64,000 nt of DNA from an uncultured Chloroflexia bacterium (GCA_963706695.1 CAVPNC010000006.1:134361-198360); one strand, 5' to 3'; shown: positions 29,183-40,470, counted from the stretch's first letter. A program made the numbers and translations. The notes: generated from the sequence alone by a model not told the origin.

Positions 29183-30373
29183 TCAGCTGGTGGTCGAGGC
29201 TTCCGTCTCGGCCGCCGAGAAGCGAGCCACGTACTCCGGGCGGTAGCGGTCGTAGAGGGTCACCAGGAGCGTGATGAGGAACACGAAGAAGAACGTGTTC
29301 TGGCCTTCGATCGGGTTGCCCAGCAGGTCGAAGACGAGGTAGAGCAGGGCCACCACCGCGAAGTTCAACAGGCCCGTCACGACGAACTGCCGCAACGCCG
29401 GACCGGGACCGAACCCTTGGCGTTCGAGCAGCGTCGAGAGCACCGCGTTACCCACCACGATGATGCTGATGACCGCTGCGAACACGAGCGGCTCGGCCGC
29501 CACGCCCAGCATCTGTCCGAAGATGGTCGAGGTCAGCGCGATGAGCGCCAGCTTCTCGAAGAGCCCTGGCCGGATGAACGTCGCCATCATGCGCCGGCGT
29601 TCCGCCGCCAAGCGCTCTGGTGGCACCTCGCGGCCGGGTTCGGCGTCGGCGTCGATGGTGATGGGGCGGTCACGCGGGGGCAGCTTGTTCTTCACGATCC
29701 ACCAGGCAGCGTAGACCAAGGCGATGACCACGACCACGGCGATGACCACGATCCACGGTCTGGCCGCGAAGGTGTCGATCCAGGCCGTGCCTGCCGGCAC
29801 CCCGAAGACCTGTTCCTGCACCACGTCGGTCGTGTCCAGCTGGGCGATGTGGATCCACCACTCCTGTGGCAGCTTGATGAAGATCCAGATGAAGGCCGCC
29901 GCGCCGAGCAGCAGCCGCCGGCTCATGCGCCGTGGATCCCAGAGCACGCGCACCGTCTCGTAGAAGATGAAGAAGTACTCGAAGGCGTTGGGGAAGATGA
30001 AGAGCCAGCCGCGCTCACCCAGCAGCTCCTCGAGCACTGGCGGCAGGGGCACGCCGAGCTCGAAGAAGACGACGCCCACCAGTCGCCAGAAGATGAGGAA
30101 GCGGGCGATGCTGACCGCGAACTGGTTGGTCCAGTTGCGCAGGGTCGCGATGTAGGCGATGACGAGGTAGTAGATGTCCAGGGCCTTGTCGTAGCTCTGG
30201 TAGCCGGCCAGATCAGCATCCGGCGCCACGGCCTGGAAGACCGTCTGGTCGACCGCGTCGATGACGAGGCAGGCCACGATGGCCGGCAGCGGGAAGCGCG
30301 GGATGAGCAGCGGCACCAGCAGGCGCGAGAGGACGACGGCCCAGAAGACGAGCTCGGCGCTGTTGATCTCCAC
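29183..30373 (-). CDS. hypothetical aromatic-rich polytopic membrane protein
   Basis: 396 aa from GTG 30373, preceded by a GGAGGA RBS. It is rich in Phe/Trp/Tyr and has more A/T at third codon positions than its neighbours. Confidence 0.5.
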   Translation of the reverse strand: MEINSAELVFWAVVLSRLLVPLLIPRFPLPAIVACLVIDAVDQTVFQAVAPDADLAGYQSYDKALDIYYLVIAYIATLRNWTNQFAVSIARFLIFWRLVGVVFFELGVPLPPVLEELLGERGWLFIFPNAFEYFFIFYETVRVLWDPRRMSRRLLLGAAAFIWIFIKLPQEWWIHIAQLDTTDVVQEQVFGVPAGTAWIDTFAARPWIVVIAVVVVIALVYAAWWIVKNKLPPRDRPITIDADAEPGREVPPERLAAERRRMMATFIRPGLFEKLALIALTSTIFGQMLGVAAEPLVFAAVISIIVVGNAVLSTLLERQGFGPGPALRQFVVTGLLNFAVVALLYLVFDLLGNPIEGQNTFFFVFLITLLVTLYDRYRPEYVARFSAAETEASTTS

Positions 30374-30382
30374 GGGATCCTC

Positions 30383-31157
30383 CTAGATGCCCACGTTCTG
30401 CGGCAGGCTGAGCATGAACCCGAGGCCGCCGAGGAAGAAGAGCATGGCGACGACGAGCATGAAGCAGCCGCACCGCCCGGCCCTTGAGCTTGGTGCCGAC
30501 CCCGGCGAAGAACAGGACCGAGGCCATGATGACCGCGGTCAGCACGAAGTTGTCTCCGGTCTGGTTGGCCTCGGCGGACGTTTCGGCCAATGCCTCGGCC
30601 GCAGCGTTCAGGCGGTCGGCCTCGGCCTGCGCTGCGGGTCGGTAGTCGGGCATGTCGAAGGGCGATCCAGGCGGGACTTCGCCCTCCGGCACCGACGAGA
30701 CCCAGGACTCGAAGGCCGGCTTGAACTCGTCACGGAAGCGAGCCTCGACGAACGCCTCAGCGGGTTCGTTCTCATCGGCCACCTGTTGCAGCCACAAGGT
30801 CCAGACCTGCAAGTCGATCTGGATCTGGGCCGTGTACACGCTCGTCTGCTGGGCCGCGTCGGTCTTGGCTTCGATCGCGCTGCGGGATGAGCTCGCTTGG
30901 ACCCCGCCCCAACGCGTGGCCTGGTAGGCCGACCAGGCGGCGACGATGGTGGCGAGAGCCAGGATGACGGCCGCCGCCAGCTCGATCCAGTCGGTGCGGT
31001 TGAAGCGCTCCTGGGCGATCTCGTCGAGGCGCCCGCCCCACGGCAGGATGGCGTCGGAGTCGGGCTTGGCCACCGGTTCAGGCGCGCGAGGTTGGCTCTC
31101 CTCGGGATCGCTCGTCACCTGCTCCCTCCACCTCGCCTCCTTGGCCTGACGCACCAT
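30383..31157 (-). pseudogene. hypothetical two-TM membrane protein gene with an apparent single-base frameshift near 30470-30485
   Basis: Starts at Met 31157 (MVRQAKEARW...). After ...FAGVGTKLKG the annotated frame runs on to 30213. A shifted frame gives a C-terminal TM helix GRCGCFMLVVAMLFFLGGLGFMLSLPQNVGI with a TAG at 30383-30385, followed by a GGAGGA RBS and the GTG of the next gene. Length is 3n+1. Confidence 0.55.
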
Positions 31158-31232
31158 AGCAAACCGCCGGCCCCTCGGCCTGCCGGACACGGGAACTCGC
31201 CTTGCCTCGGCGATGCGCGCTAGAGTCGCACC

Positions 31233-32135
31233 ATGCTCCACCATCCCGACACCATCGACGGCCTGCAGGCAGCCTTCGGCGAGCGTGAGTACGTGGCCGA
31301 CCGCGCGCTCGTGACCGCGGTCTTCCTTGGCCTCCGGCTGGGTCGACCGCTCTTGCTCGAAGGGGAGGCCGGCGTGGGCAAGACCGAGCTGGCCAAGGTC
31401 CTCGCTTCGACTCTGGGCACGCGCCTCATCCGGCTGCAGTGCTACGAGGGGCTGGACGTGAACACCGCGGTCTACGAGTGGAACTACCCCCGCCAGATGC
31501 TTGAGATCCGCCTGCTCGAAGCGCAGGGCAAGCTCGACGACGCCCGGGCGAAGGACATCTTCTCAGAGGACTTCCTGCTCAAGCGACCGCTGCTCCAGGC
31601 GCTCGAGGCCAAGGACGGCCAGCCGCCCGTGCTGCTCATCGACGAGATCGACCGCGCCGACGAGGAGTTCGAGGCCTTCCTGCTCGAGATCCTCTCCGAC
31701 TTCCAGGTGACCGTGCCGGAGATCGGTACCGTGCGGGCCGAGCAGCCGCCGCGGGTGATCCTGACCTCCAACCGCACGCGCGAGGTACACGACGCCCTCA
31801 AGCGCCGCTGCCTCTATCACTGGATCGACTATCCCGATGCCCAGCGCGAGTACGAGATCGTGCTCGCGCGCGTGCCCGACACGCCCGATCGGCTCGCGAC
31901 GGCCATCGTGGCCTTCGTGCAGCGCCTGCGCCAGGGCCAGCTGACCAAGGTGCCCGGCGTGGCCGAGACCATCGACTGGGCCTCGGCCCTGCTCGCGCTC
32001 GGTGCGGGCCGCCTGACCGCCGAGCTCGTCGACGACACCTTGGGCGTGGTGCTCAAGTATGAGGAGGATGTGCAGGCCATCCGTGGCGCGACCGCCGCGG
32101 CCTACCTCGAGGAGACGGCGGCCGGCGCCGCCTGA
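31233..32135 (+). CDS. MoxR-like AAA+ ATPase (CoxD family)
   Basis: 300 aa. Walker A GEAGVGKTELAK, Walker B LLIDEIDRA. AAA_5/CoxD-like. Confidence 0.8.
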   Translation: MLHHPDTIDGLQAAFGEREYVADRALVTAVFLGLRLGRPLLLEGEAGVGKTELAKVLASTLGTRLIRLQCYEGLDVNTAVYEWNYPRQMLEIRLLEAQGKLDDARAKDIFSEDFLLKRPLLQALEAKDGQPPVLLIDEIDRADEEFEAFLLEILSDFQVTVPEIGTVRAEQPPRVILTSNRTREVHDALKRRCLYHWIDYPDAQREYEIVLARVPDTPDRLATAIVAFVQRLRQGQLTKVPGVAETIDWASALLALGAGRLTAELVDDTLGVVLKYEEDVQAIRGATAAAYLEETAAGAA

Positions 32136-32140
32136 ACCCC

Positions 32141-33448
32141 ATGCCAGGACCAGATGGCGCCGGCGGCGTCTCCGGCAGCGCCTTCTTCTGGAACGCGCTG
32201 CTCTTCACACGTGCCTTGCGGGCGGAGGGACTTACCACCGACCTGGGCGCCGCCATCGACTACTCGCGTGCGCTGACGCTCATCGACATCGGCGATCGCG
32301 AGCAGGTGCGCGCGGCCGGCTCCGCCGTCTTCGTGCGGCGGCGTGATGAGGTGGACACCTACGACCAGGTCTTCGACCGCTTCTGGACGCGCTACGAGCT
32401 GGCCATCGAGCCACCCCGGTGGGACCTGGAGGTCGACCTGGCCGGTGCCGACCACGACCAGGCCGTGCAGGTCGGCGCCGGCGAGGCCGAGGACGGCGAT
32501 GATGTGCTCGGCGGTGCCGCCGACGACGCCGAGGGGCCTGAGACCGAGGGTGCCGAGCTGAAGGATGAGAACGCCAGCTCGCGCTCCTGGAGCGAGCGTG
32601 AGCGCTTCATGCGCAAACCCTTCGATCGCATGAGCCCCGAAGAGCTGCGCGAGGCCGAGCAGCTGGTGGACCAGGTCCGTCCGCGTCTCGAGACCCGGCG
32701 CTCGCGGCGGCAGGAGCTCCATCGGCACGGCAAGCTCATCGCGGCGCGCCAGATGTTCCGGGCCAACCTGCAGAACGGCGGCGACCTCGTCGAATGGCTG
32801 TGGCGACGGCCGGCGCTCCGGCCACGTTCGATCACCGTCATCTGTGACATCTCGGGATCGATGGAGCGCCACTCGCGGCTGCTCATCCGCTTCGCCATGG
32901 CCTTGCACCGCATGTCCAACGTCCGCACGGAGGCCTTCGTCTTCGGCACGCACCTCTCGCGCGTGACCCACGAGCTCGCCGGCCGGGACCCGGACGTGGC
33001 CCTCGGCAAGGTCACCGACGCCGTCTCCGATTGGTCCGGCGGCACGCGCATCGGCGCCTCGCTGCAGCAGTTCAACCGTGACTGGGCCCGGCGTACCCTG
33101 CGCTCGAGCGGTGTGGTGATCATCGTCAGCGACGGTTGGGATCGTGGCGATCCCAACCTCGTACGGGCCGAGATGGCTCGCCTCCAGCGGAGCTGTCACC
33201 GGCTCATCTGGCTCGACCCGCTCGCCGGCACGGAGTACTACCAGCCGCTCGCGGGTGGCATGGCCGCGGCCTATCCCTACATCGACGACCTGGTGGCCGT
33301 GCATGACCTGGCCTCGCTCTATCGTCTGGGCCAGCTGCTCGCCGAGATGGCCGAGCATCGCAGCCGCCGCCCGGACCGCAACGGCGTCCCGCGGGTGCAT
33401 CGCGACGCGGCCAGCCCCTTCGTGACCCGCGCGGGAGTGGTGGCGTGA
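32141..33448 (+). CDS. VWA domain-containing protein (CoxE-like)
   Basis: 435 aa. It has a C-terminal von Willebrand A domain with a MIDAS-like motif (ICDISGSM) and follows the MoxR ATPase. Confidence 0.7.
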   Translation: MPGPDGAGGVSGSAFFWNALLFTRALRAEGLTTDLGAAIDYSRALTLIDIGDREQVRAAGSAVFVRRRDEVDTYDQVFDRFWTRYELAIEPPRWDLEVDLAGADHDQAVQVGAGEAEDGDDVLGGAADDAEGPETEGAELKDENASSRSWSERERFMRKPFDRMSPEELREAEQLVDQVRPRLETRRSRRQELHRHGKLIAARQMFRANLQNGGDLVEWLWRRPALRPRSITVICDISGSMERHSRLLIRFAMALHRMSNVRTEAFVFGTHLSRVTHELAGRDPDVALGKVTDAVSDWSGGTRIGASLQQFNRDWARRTLRSSGVVIIVSDGWDRGDPNLVRAEMARLQRSCHRLIWLDPLAGTEYYQPLAGGMAAAYPYIDDLVAVHDLASLYRLGQLLAEMAEHRSRRPDRNGVPRVHRDAASPFVTRAGVVA

Positions 33449-34551
33449 GGGAGCTCCTGCCCACCTTCGAGGCCTGGACGGCGGAGGGCCAAGCCGTCTC
33501 CCGAGCCGTGGTCATCCGCACCTTCGGATCGTCGCCGCGGCGCGAGGGTGCGACCATGCTGCGCGCCGCCGACGGGCGCATCACCGGCTCCGTCAGCGGT
33601 GGCTGCGTGGAGGGTGCCACCGCTGAGCACATGGAGGTCGCGGCCGCCACGGGAGAGCAGCGGGTCGTGCGCTTCGGCATCAGCGACTCGGAGGCGTGGG
33701 ACGTGGGCCTCGCGTGCGGCGGCACCATCGACGTGCTGGTCCAGCCGGAGGTCCCCGTGCTGGCGCTGGAAGCCATCGCGGCCACGCTCGTCGATCGCAG
33801 CGCCGGACGCGCCATCGTGTCCATCCTGCCGGACGGTTCGCCCGGTGCCGGCATCGGCGCGTCGCAGCTGGGGGCAGCAGCACGCCCGCTCGATCCGCTG
33901 GTGGTCAACGCGGACGGCTCCCTGAAGGGTTCGCTGGGGGAGCCGCAGGCGGACGCCGCCCTGGTCGAGGTGGCCACAGCTGCCATCTCGAGCGGCACCT
34001 CCACGGTCGTGGAGCTGGCCGGACGGCAGCTCTTCGTGGAGGCCTTCCCGGTGCGCCCGAGGCTGGTGGTGGTGGGTGCCGTCGAAGTCGCCGTGGCCCT
34101 GGTCGCCCTCGGCCGTGGGCTGGGCTACGAGACGGTGCTCATCGATGGCCGACCGGCGTTCGCCACGCGCGAGCGGTTCCCCGATGTCGACCAGCTGGTC
34201 ATCGGCTGGCCGGACGAGGTCGCCGACGAGCTGGAGCTCGGTCGCGGCGATGCCGTCGCGGTCCTCAGCCACGACCCCAAGTTCGACGATCCCGCCATCA
34301 CGGCGGCGCTCGAGCGCGAGTGCCGCTACGTGGGTGCCATCGGCTCGCGCAAGACCCAGCGGGCACGCCGGGAGCGGCTGCTCGCGGCCGGCCTGACCGA
34401 AGCGCAGCTGGCGCGGCTGCGGGGACCGATCGGGCTCGACCTCGGTGGCCGGGAGCCGGCGGAGACGGCGCTCGCGATCATGGCTGAGATCGTGGCCGCA
34501 CGACACGGCGCCAGCGGCGGCTCCCTGGCAGGGGAGCCCGCTCAGGGCTGA
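33445..34551 (+). CDS. XdhC/CoxI family molybdoenzyme maturation protein
   Basis: 368 aa with the XdhC N-terminal domain and a Rossmann-like C-terminal domain ([16 protein letters not shown]). Its start overlaps the upstream stop. Confidence 0.7.
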   Translation: MRELLPTFEAWTAEGQAVSRAVVIRTFGSSPRREGATMLRAADGRITGSVSGGCVEGATAEHMEVAAATGEQRVVRFGISDSEAWDVGLACGGTIDVLVQPEVPVLALEAIAATLVDRSAGRAIVSILPDGSPGAGIGASQLGAAARPLDPLVVNADGSLKGSLGEPQADAALVEVATAAISSGTSTVVELAGRQLFVEAFPVRPRLVVVGAVEVAVALVALGRGLGYETVLIDGRPAFATRERFPDVDQLVIGWPDEVADELELGRGDAVAVLSHDPKFDDPAITAALERECRYVGAIGSRKTQRARRERLLAAGLTEAQLARLRGPIGLDLGGREPAETALAIMAEIVAARHGASGGSLAGEPAQG

Positions 34552-34631
34552 GCGAGCAGGGCCATGGGCGCCGCAGGTGGTGCGCTAGACTCAGGGACGC
34601 CCACTTCAGCCTTTCCACGACGGGAGTCACC

Positions 34632-35153
34632 GTGTCCGCCGAGTCGCTACGGGCCCAGATCCGCGAGGTCCCTGATTTCCCCAAGCCCGGGATCCTCTTC
34701 TACGACATCACCACCCTGCTGAACGACGCCAAGGCCTTCGGGGAGGCCATCGAGCTGATGAACGAGCCCTTCAAGGACGAGCACATCGACATCGTCGTGG
34801 GCATGGAGTCCCGCGGCTTCATCTTCAGCGCGCCGATGGCCTTGCACCTGGGCGCCGGCTTCGTACCCGTGCGCAAGCTGGGCAAGCTGCCCTCGGAGAC
34901 CATCAGCGTCGAGTACGAGCTCGAGTACGGCACCAACACGCTGGAGATCCACCGTGACGCCATCCGTCCCAACCAGCGCGTCCTCATCGTCGATGACCTG
35001 CTGGCCACCGGCGGCACGGTGCTGGGCACGATCGAGCTGGTGAAGCAGCTCAAGGGCCAGGTCGTGGGTCTCTCGTTCCTCGTCGAGCTCGGCTTCCTCA
35101 AGGGCCGTGAGCGTCTCGATGGCTACCCGATCAACAGCGTCATCCGGTACTGA
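34632..35153 (+). CDS. apt: adenine phosphoribosyltransferase
   Basis: 173 aa with the PRPP-binding motif [13 protein letters not shown]. Confidence 0.9.
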   Translation: MSAESLRAQIREVPDFPKPGILFYDITTLLNDAKAFGEAIELMNEPFKDEHIDIVVGMESRGFIFSAPMALHLGAGFVPVRKLGKLPSETISVEYELEYGTNTLEIHRDAIRPNQRVLIVDDLLATGGTVLGTIELVKQLKGQVVGLSFLVELGFLKGRERLDGYPINSVIRY

Positions 35154-36501
35154 TCCGCAGGACCCCGAGGAGCGCTCGGACGCCGCGGATCCCAGCGAGG
35201 CCCTACCCGCACCCGCGGGCGGTCAGGCCCGGCCCGCGCATGACGCGGAGCGGCGGGCGTTCTTCTTCCAGTTCGGCAGGCAGGCCGTCTCCGCGGTCGG
35301 GCAGGTCGCGGGCATGGCCGACATCGTCGGGCGCACCTCCAACGCGCTGGCGGGCGAGCTGCTGGGCCTCGAGGAGCCACAGGGCCCGGGGCGGCCGGGA
35401 GCGTTCGCGCGCTCCGGCGTGAGCAGCGATCCGGTCGTGACCGCGGCGGCGCCGGCCGCCGAAGACAGCTTCCGCAGCGCCTATCGCCGCAGCCACGAGG
35501 GCCTGGTCATCCTCGACCAGCGCCGCCTGCCCGAGGCCTTGGAGGAGGTCGTGGCCGTGCGGGGGAGCGATGTGGCCTACTACCTGCGCCTGGGCGTCGC
35601 CAGGGGCGGCCCCCTCATGGCACAGCTGGCAGCGTACGGGCTGGCCCTCACCGCCACCGAGCGCGCCGATCAGCCCGCCGAGCAGCGTCAGCTGGAGCTG
35701 CGCCGCACCGCCCGCGCCCTCATCGAGGCACGGGTGTCGTCCCGGCTGCTGGCGTGGGCCGTCGAACGGATGGAGGCGGTGGTCCGGTCTTCCGGCGAGG
35801 ACACACCCGGGACCGAGGTGGCAGCCGCGCTGCATGCGGAGGCTGACAAGATCGCGGCCGAGTTCACCGCCGGGGAGGCCGCCATGGCCACCACCCTCAG
35901 CGAGGCCCTGCTGCAGCCGGACCGAGCCCCTGTGACGCTGCTGCTCCACGGTGCGCACGGATCGCTCATCGCGGGCCAGCTGGGGGCAGGCGTGACCGCG
36001 CTCGGTCGCATGCAGGCGGCTGGACGCGAGCTGCGGGTGTTCGTGACCGAGGGCCGTCCCTTCATGGACGGCGCCCGGCTCGCGGCCTGGGAGCTGCGCC
36101 AGGCGGGGGTCGAGCATCGCCTCATCCCCGATGCCGCCGCGGCCTGGCTCTTCGAGCGTGAGGCCATCGACGCGATCATCGTGCGCGCAGAGTGGGTCGC
36201 CGCAGACGGTGCCACGAGCGCGCTCATCGGGGCCGGGGCACTGGCCCGACTGGCCGCGGGGGCCGTGCACCGGCCACGGGTCGTGGTCGTAGGCCCGGCG
36301 GCCACGCTCGATCCGGCCACGCCAGACGGCCCCGCCATCCCCACCGAGATGCGACCCGCTCGTGAGCTCTCGACGTACCTCGCCGACGTGCCGGTGCGTG
36401 CGTCGGACGCGCTCGTGCCCGCGGCGGACGTGATCGCGGCCGAGCTTGTCGACCTGCGGGTGACCGAGTCCGGCGCCGAGTGGGGCCCGGAGCGGCCCTG
36501 A
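35107..36501 (+). CDS. eIF-2B alpha/beta/delta-related protein (methylthioribose-1-phosphate isomerase MtnA-like); true start probably internal
   Basis: The ORF overlaps the apt end. The conserved core ([15 protein letters not shown]...[12 protein letters not shown]...RVFVTEGRP) starts about codon 120 and spans about 340 aa. The Ala-rich N-terminal extension is unverified. Confidence 0.5.
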   Translation: MSVSMATRSTASSGTDPQDPEERSDAADPSEALPAPAGGQARPAHDAERRAFFFQFGRQAVSAVGQVAGMADIVGRTSNALAGELLGLEEPQGPGRPGAFARSGVSSDPVVTAAAPAAEDSFRSAYRRSHEGLVILDQRRLPEALEEVVAVRGSDVAYYLRLGVARGGPLMAQLAAYGLALTATERADQPAEQRQLELRRTARALIEARVSSRLLAWAVERMEAVVRSSGEDTPGTEVAAALHAEADKIAAEFTAGEAAMATTLSEALLQPDRAPVTLLLHGAHGSLIAGQLGAGVTALGRMQAAGRELRVFVTEGRPFMDGARLAAWELRQAGVEHRLIPDAAAAWLFEREAIDAIIVRAEWVAADGATSALIGAGALARLAAGAVHRPRVVVVGPAATLDPATPDGPAIPTEMRPARELSTYLADVPVRASDALVPAADVIAAELVDLRVTESGAEWGPERP

Positions 36502-37373
36502 TGGCCAGCCTGACCCGCGACGGCGTAGCCGGCGAGCGCCACCTCGAGGTCCGCAGCACGCGCGACAGGCGGATGCTCCACCAGTTCCTCGAGCGCGACC
36601 GCATCTTCGCGGCCTACGCCATCGCCGACACCGACGATGCCGAGTTCGGGCGCACCCGCTTCGGCATCGCCTTCGATGACCGTGAGCCGGTGGCCGTGGT
36701 CATGGAGTACCGCGGTATCTCACCCCAGCCGGTCTTCACCATGGGTACGGCCGCGGGCGTCGCCGCGGTCATGCGCGACGTCATCCGGCCGCGGATCGCC
36801 TACATCGGGGCCAAGGCCGATGTGGTCCCGGGCCTCCGCCAGCACTACCGGGTGGACGCGCCGGCACCGATGGTGCGCATGGCCGTGGCGCGGGACACCT
36901 TCCGCCCGGTGCTCGGTGACGCGGTCCGCCTGGACCAGGCCGATGCTGGCCATCTCAATCGGCTCTACCAGCTCGGCCTCAACGCGCACCTGCCCGAGCA
37001 GGCTGTGGCCGCCGGCATCTACTACGGCGTGCGTCGCGGGTCACGCCTCATCGCGGCCGCGGGCACCCACGTGGTCAGCCCGCAGTGGGGTATCGCGGCC
37101 GTGGGCAACGTCTACACCCACCGTGAGTACCGCGGGCAAGGCCTGGCCAAGGTCGTGACCAGCGCCGTGACCGCGGACCTCCTGCGTGTATGCGACACGG
37201 TCGTGCTCAACGTGCGCGCTGACAACCCACCCGCGCTGGCGGTCTATCGGACCCTCGGCTATCGCGAGCACACCGAGTTCGAGGAGCGCCTCGCGCACCG
37301 TGAAACGTCGCTCTGGGATAGCATCGTCGGGCCCATCCGGGCCCTTGTGTCCGACCTCAGGAGGAATGGATGA
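36500..37373 (+). CDS. GNAT family N-acetyltransferase
   Basis: About 290 aa. The ATG overlaps the upstream stop. The C-terminal GNAT fold has a CoA-binding motif ([12 protein letters not shown]). Confidence 0.6.
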
Positions 37374-38704
37374 CCGACACTCCCGCGCTCCAGAACCCGA
37401 TGCAGACCACCTCCGGTGACGCCGCCAACGGCCAGACCGCGTCCTATCCAGCCCACGATGTCGCCGACTTCGGACTCGTGGCAGAAGGTGTTCGTCGTAT
37501 CGAGTGGGCGGAGCGGGAGATGCCGGTCCTGCGCCTCATCCGCGAGCGCTTCACGCGGGAGCGGCCGCTCGACGGACTGCGCCTCGCCGCCTGCCTGCAC
37601 GTCACCACCGAGACCGCCAACCTCATGCGCACGCTCAAGGCCGGCGGGGCCGAGGTGACCCTCGTGGCCTCCAACCCGCTCTCGACCAAGGATGACGTGG
37701 CGGCGGCGCTCGTAGCCGAGTACGGCATCAGCTGCTACGCGGTCCGTGGCGAGGACAACGAGACCTACTACCAGCACCTCAACGCGGCCGCCGATACCCA
37801 CCCGCACATCACCATGGATGACGGGTGTGACCTCGTCGCGCTCTTGCACAAGGAGCGCCCCGAGCAGCTCGGGGAGGTCCTCGCCGGCACCGAAGAGACG
37901 ACCACCGGCGTCATCCGGCTGAAGGCCATGGCCGCCGACGGCGCGCTGGCCTTTCCGGTCCTGGCCGTCAACGAGGCGCAGACCAAGCACCTCTTCGACA
38001 ACCGCTACGGCACGGGCCAGTCCACGATCGACGGCATCCTGCGCGCGACCAACTACCTGCTCGCGGGTCGCCGCTGCGTCGTGGCGGGCTACGGCTGGGT
38101 CGGACGCGGCATCGCCAATCGCCTCAACGGCATGGGCGCCCGCGTGGCCATCGTGGAGGTCGATCCGGTCCCGGCCGTGGAGGCGCTCATGGACGGCCAC
38201 CAGGTCATGACCGCCGGTGACGCCGCCCAGTGGGGGGAGATCTTCGTCACCGCCACCGGCAACCTCAACGTCTTCCGCGAGGAGCACTTCCGGGTGATGC
38301 AGGACGGCGCCATCCTCAGCAACTCCGGCCACTTCGACGCTGAGCTCGAGCTCGCCTCGCTGGAGCGGCTGGCGGAGGGCCACGTCCGCGAGGCCCGCGA
38401 GAACGTCCGCGAGTACGACCTTGGCGAGAAGAAGCTGTACCTGCTGGCCGAGGGCCGGCTGGTCAACCTCGGCGCGGCCGAAGGGCACCCGGCTGCTGTC
38501 ATGGACATGAGCTTCGCGGGACAGGCGCTCGCGGCGGAATACGTGGCCGCCAACCACGCCTCGCTCGACAGCGCGGTGCACGTGCTGCCCGAAGAGCTGG
38601 ACAAGCAGATCGCGCGGCTCAAGCTGGAGTCTCGCGGCATCTTCATCGAGGGCATGACACCCGAGCAGGTCGAGTACTACCACTCCTGGAAGCAGGGCAC
38701 CTGA
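37370..38704 (+). CDS. ahcY: adenosylhomocysteinase
   Basis: 444 aa. It has the NAD-binding motif [13 protein letters not shown] and a conserved N-terminal catalytic domain ([13 protein letters not shown]). Confidence 0.9.
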   Translation: MTDTPALQNPMQTTSGDAANGQTASYPAHDVADFGLVAEGVRRIEWAEREMPVLRLIRERFTRERPLDGLRLAACLHVTTETANLMRTLKAGGAEVTLVASNPLSTKDDVAAALVAEYGISCYAVRGEDNETYYQHLNAAADTHPHITMDDGCDLVALLHKERPEQLGEVLAGTEETTTGVIRLKAMAADGALAFPVLAVNEAQTKHLFDNRYGTGQSTIDGILRATNYLLAGRRCVVAGYGWVGRGIANRLNGMGARVAIVEVDPVPAVEALMDGHQVMTAGDAAQWGEIFVTATGNLNVFREEHFRVMQDGAILSNSGHFDAELELASLERLAEGHVREARENVREYDLGEKKLYLLAEGRLVNLGAAEGHPAAVMDMSFAGQALAAEYVAANHASLDSAVHVLPEELDKQIARLKLESRGIFIEGMTPEQVEYYHSWKQGT

Positions 38705-38730
38705 AGACCCGCTAGCATCGCCAGACGGAA

Positions 38731-38760
38731 GGCCGGGACCTGAGGAGGACCCGGCCTTCT
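38731..38760 (+). terminator. candidate intrinsic terminator after ahcY (GGCCGGG-n12-CCCGGCC followed by TTCTACCTT)
   Basis: 7 bp GC stem starting 27 nt after the ahcY stop, followed by a pyrimidine-rich tract. Confidence 0.4.
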
Positions 38761-38936
38761 ACCTTGTCCGGCATCGACGGAGAACGGGGTCGGGCCCTTC
38801 GGCTCTTGCCGCCTCGCAAGTGTTGGCCCTAAATGAGGGTTCGCGGGAGGTGACGACGCACGGACCACATCCTCTGGCCGCCTGGACCGTGTCGAGCCAC
38901 TGGCGAACCCGGCCCGCGCCAAGGGGGGTTCGGGTC

Positions 38937-39563
38937 ATGCGCGCATCGAGGCGATCGTTGATCGCGGCGGGGTTGTCGATGGCGGTCGTCCTCGCGGGGG
39001 TGTCGTCCGTCGCTGCCGACGAGCGAGCCGGTGTCGAGGTCAACGGAGCCTTCACCTGCAGTAGCTACTGGCAGGCGGGCACTATCACCAATGTGGTCGT
39101 CGCTGAGCTCGACGATGGGAGCATCGTGCGCCGCGAGGAACGCGGGTTCAGCGGTCGGTTGACGGTCGACCACGTGAGCGACGTTCGTCTCGACGGCGAG
39201 ATGACGACCACGCACAATCGCGACGAGATCTTCTACCACGCGGAGCCGGTGACCCTCGACCGGCTGATGCTTTCCTCGGGCCTCCTTCGCCTCGAGGACG
39301 AGGTGGGCTCGTGGCAGGGCGACGACCGCTCCTTCTACCTGCCCGGCACCTGGGACCCGGAGATGGGCACGCGCTGGGAGCAGCTCGTCCTGGCGGGAGA
39401 GGGTGCATATGCCGGTCTGCTGGCCTTGCTCGAAACACGCGTGCTGAACCCGGACTGCTACTGCTGGAGCAGTGGCAGTAGCGATCTCGAGTGGTGCCAG
39501 TGGGAGCTCCGCGGGGTCATCCTCGAGGGCGACATGCCGCCGTCTCCCTCCCTCGACGGCTAG
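38937..39563 (+). CDS. secreted hypothetical protein
   Basis: 208 aa from ATG 38937, preceded by an AAGGGGGG RBS. It has a signal peptide (MRASRRSLIAAGLSMAVVLAGVSSVAA) and several Cys/Trp residues. Confidence 0.5.
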   Translation: MRASRRSLIAAGLSMAVVLAGVSSVAADERAGVEVNGAFTCSSYWQAGTITNVVVAELDDGSIVRREERGFSGRLTVDHVSDVRLDGEMTTTHNRDEIFYHAEPVTLDRLMLSSGLLRLEDEVGSWQGDDRSFYLPGTWDPEMGTRWEQLVLAGEGAYAGLLALLETRVLNPDCYCWSSGSSDLEWCQWELRGVILEGDMPPSPSLDG

Positions 39564-39581
39564 CGGCGGGTACGAGGCCGC

Positions 39582-40310
39582 TTAGAACGGTCGCAACAGG
39601 CGCGCCATGGAGCCGCCTCCGGCGACCCGCTTGGTCTTCTCCAGGAGCTCGGCGCCAGCGGCCCACTCCCGAGCGTGCTCCCGCTGCAGGCGCTTCTCCT
39701 CTGTCAGCATCACCGTCCACAGCTTGGGATAGTGGTCTCGCAGGTACTCGCTGGAGCGGTAGCGGGCCATGAGCTCGCTGACGAAGGCGGCGTACCGGGT
39801 GATGGGGTCGGTGTCCGCGGCCAGCTGCTCGAACTCGTGCTGATAGCCGGCGGCAGCCCGGAAACGACCAAAGAAGCCACCCACGCTGTGGGCTCCCGTA
39901 TCCCAGCCCTGCGAGTGCCCGCCGCGCCGGAGCAGGGGAGCAGGAGACTCGAAGACGCAGATGGCCGCGCCGTCGACGCGCTCAGCTCGGAGCGTCCCGC
40001 CGAACGAGAGGTAGCGGTTGGCCACGCCCTTGCGGTCGCTGACCGTGATGCGGCCCCACGAGAACGTGCCCGCACGGGGAAGCCGGCTCGCGAGCGTGAG
40101 TGTCTCGCGCACGCCGAACCCGCGTGGCCCGGTGATCCAGTACTCGACCAGCTCCGGGTCGTAGTGCTTGAGCGTGGGCTGGGGCCGGATCGCCACGAGC
40201 AGGAAGGCAGGACCCGGGCGATCGGGCAGGTCGGGGTCTGCAAGGAACCCCCAATCGGCCAGCAGCTCCGACGCGAGCCGAGGGTCGATCGAGGTCGGGA
40301 GGTCGGCCAT
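39582..40310 (-). CDS. hypothetical protein
   Basis: 242 aa ORF with coding-like GC3 bias. No recognisable motifs. Confidence 0.45.
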   Translation of the reverse strand: MADLPTSIDPRLASELLADWGFLADPDLPDRPGPAFLLVAIRPQPTLKHYDPELVEYWITGPRGFGVRETLTLASRLPRAGTFSWGRITVSDRKGVANRYLSFGGTLRAERVDGAAICVFESPAPLLRRGGHSQGWDTGAHSVGGFFGRFRAAAGYQHEFEQLAADTDPITRYAAFVSELMARYRSSEYLRDHYPKLWTVMLTEEKRLQREHAREWAAGAELLEKTKRVAGGGSMARLLRPF

Positions 40311-40470
40311 CGGCTCCGAGCATGCGCCCGCAGCCGGGCCAGGGGCACGGCCATGAGGCCCCTAAACGACGGTCCTCGGGCATGCCCCGGCGGTTCCCCT
40401 GGCCCGTCCGGGCCTGGGTCGGGCCGCGTGCTACGCTTCCGCCGACCCCACGACAGGAGAGCGCTACTTC

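Noticed and set aside
40311-40470. SAM riboswitch upstream of metK
   Set aside because: The 160 nt leader is GC-rich, but I could not recognise SAM-I, SAM-II or SAM-IV core elements by eye. It needs a cmscan before any claim.
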